Positions 62,488-64,000 of a DNA stretch of 64,000 nt are shown piece by piece. The position numbers were made by a program, and so were the translations under genes. This stretch comes from Eledone cirrhosa. Taxonomy: Eukaryota. The stretch spans positions 325,748,001 to 325,812,000 of the forward strand of contig OZ024740.1 of NCBI GenBank assembly GCA_964016885.1. The letters are read 5' to 3'. The notes beneath the pieces were generated by a model that searched no databases, was not told the DNA's origin, and saw only the letters and a program-made list of their open reading frames with translations. The stretch's first letter is position 1; each line of letters starts with the position of its first letter.

Positions 62488-64000
62488 ACACACAGAAATA
62501 AATATCTAAAATTATAAAAGGTGGGTATGTGAAGGGTAAGGTAGAAAGTAGGGGGGAAAATAATGAAAATAAATGACATAGGAAAAGGTTTAAATATAAG
62601 GGGAGATAAGGGAGAAAAAGAATATAAGAGTACAGAAAGTGAATTCAGAAGGTAAAAAAACCCTAGTGGATGTAAGGCGTAGAGAGCAGAGAAGAAGTTC
62701 AAGGTGGTTGAGTTATCGTAAGAATGTCAATCCAGTTACAGATCCGGTGTGATTTCAGGTGAGGACAACATCTGAAGATCTCTGTCTTTGAGTTCAGGCA
62801 AGTTGAAGTGGCTTTCAAGTTTTGTAAAATCCAAAATTTTTCCGTGGTACACAAAGAACAATTCTTTGTGCCCCTTTGGTACTCCTTCGAATGGTCTAAA
62901 ATAGACCAATCGATAGAGTACGGGATGTTTTTATCCTTGAATTCCCACACCTTATTAGCGAGAGCCGTTGCTGTTCTTTTATCGGAGTGTTTAAAAGAAG
63001 CGACATGTGCATAAAACCTGGTTTTAAACCTGTCCTGAGTCATGCCAACATATCGTTCACTCCTGGCTGGCTGGTTATTAATTAAAGGTGTCACTTTGGC
63101 CTCATATACAATGGATTTGGTGTTACATTTGCCCTGTAATGGGCATTCATCCGGTTTCCTGCAACTGCATCCTGGATTTATTCTCGTACGATTGGAATTA
63201 GTGAATTTAGACTTCATTGATGGGCAGCAAGAGTAACTGATTTTAACTACATTTCTATTAAATATCTTATAATATCTATGATTAGGAGGAAAATGTTTAT
63301 CTAAGAGGTCAAGGAGTTTCCTTCCTACATTAGTTTTGACAGTTAGAGAGAAGGGGGTGTAAACCAAATAATTTTCCTTTTCCTATTATTTAGGGGGGGG
63401 GGGAGTAGGTAAATAATTAATTTGTTCTGTAAATCCGCTGTTATTAAGGGCTTTATTATAATAAGGGGCGGCTTTATTAAAAATATCTAGAGACGAAGAT
63501 AAGGTAGAAATCCTACGGCTAATGTTGGGGATAAGATTTTTTAAAACTATAGTGGGATGGCAAGACTCTTTGTGTATATATCTAAGATTTTCGTTAGGTT
63601 TATGATAAGGTTTAAAAGAGGCAGTAAGTAGATCAAGATTAATGTCAAGAAAGTTATCATTGGTAAGGTTCGTATCTATAGTAATTTTAAGGTTAAGATT
63701 AGCAAAAGTATTGATTAAATCTTTACGGAATTTATCAAGGTTATGGCCGTTGGTGGTATGAGAAATTGCCAATCCGTCATCACGGTATAAAACGATATTA
63801 TGGGAAGGAAATTTCTCTTTGAGGGTGTGGAGAAGGAATAATCCTACTAAGTCACACACATCCGCACTGTCATATGAACCCATTGCAACATCAAAAGAGT
63901 TTTCAGGGTTTGACTTTTTAACCCAAATACTTTCATTAGTAAAGAGTAAAGTTTTTCTAGCATGAAAGATAATGTCTTCTTCTAATTTAGAAATATTAAT
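62485..64000 (-). mobile_element. Penelope-like element (RT plus C-terminal GIY-YIG), continues beyond the window
   Basis: MGSYD and LYRDDGL RT motifs; CSCRKPDECP linker; IVYEA...YVGMT...FKTRF...CSLC..EK...LN..TE...CPH endonuclease. Confidence 0.93.

Overview
AT-rich animal genomic DNA, not prokaryotic. The repeat content ((TA)n/(CA)n tracts, RTE LINEs with (GAT)n tails, tRNA-derived SINEs) suggests an octopod cephalopod, which is an inference. The window lies inside one large + strand gene that the ORF track barely shows. I traced 20 GT-AG exons by hand from 3364 to 59636 (2716 nt, about 905 codons, all splice phases consistent, no stops). They encode the middle of an alpha-2-macroglobulin/thioester-protein (TEP) family member of the Mcr (macroglobulin complement-related, TEP6-like) type: it has an LDL-receptor class A module in the bait region, and the thioester motif GCGEQ is replaced by GVAEN. 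Both gene ends lie outside the window. The introns hold about 15 RTE LINE fragments, CR1 LINEs, Penelope-like elements (RT plus GIY-YIG), several SINE families, MITEs and satellites. Main points of interest: (1) type I hammerhead ribozyme motifs on the pre-mRNA sense strand, each facing an antisense copy in an inverted repeat; (2) a 5862-bp tandem duplication whose junction maps to an 18-bp window between two RTE 3' ends; (3) RTE LINEs whose 3' UTR looks like a captured SINE body, plus a SINE/LINE pair sharing a 3' tail; (4) several long palindromes. All calls were made by eye. Repeat boundaries are approximate and no database search was run.
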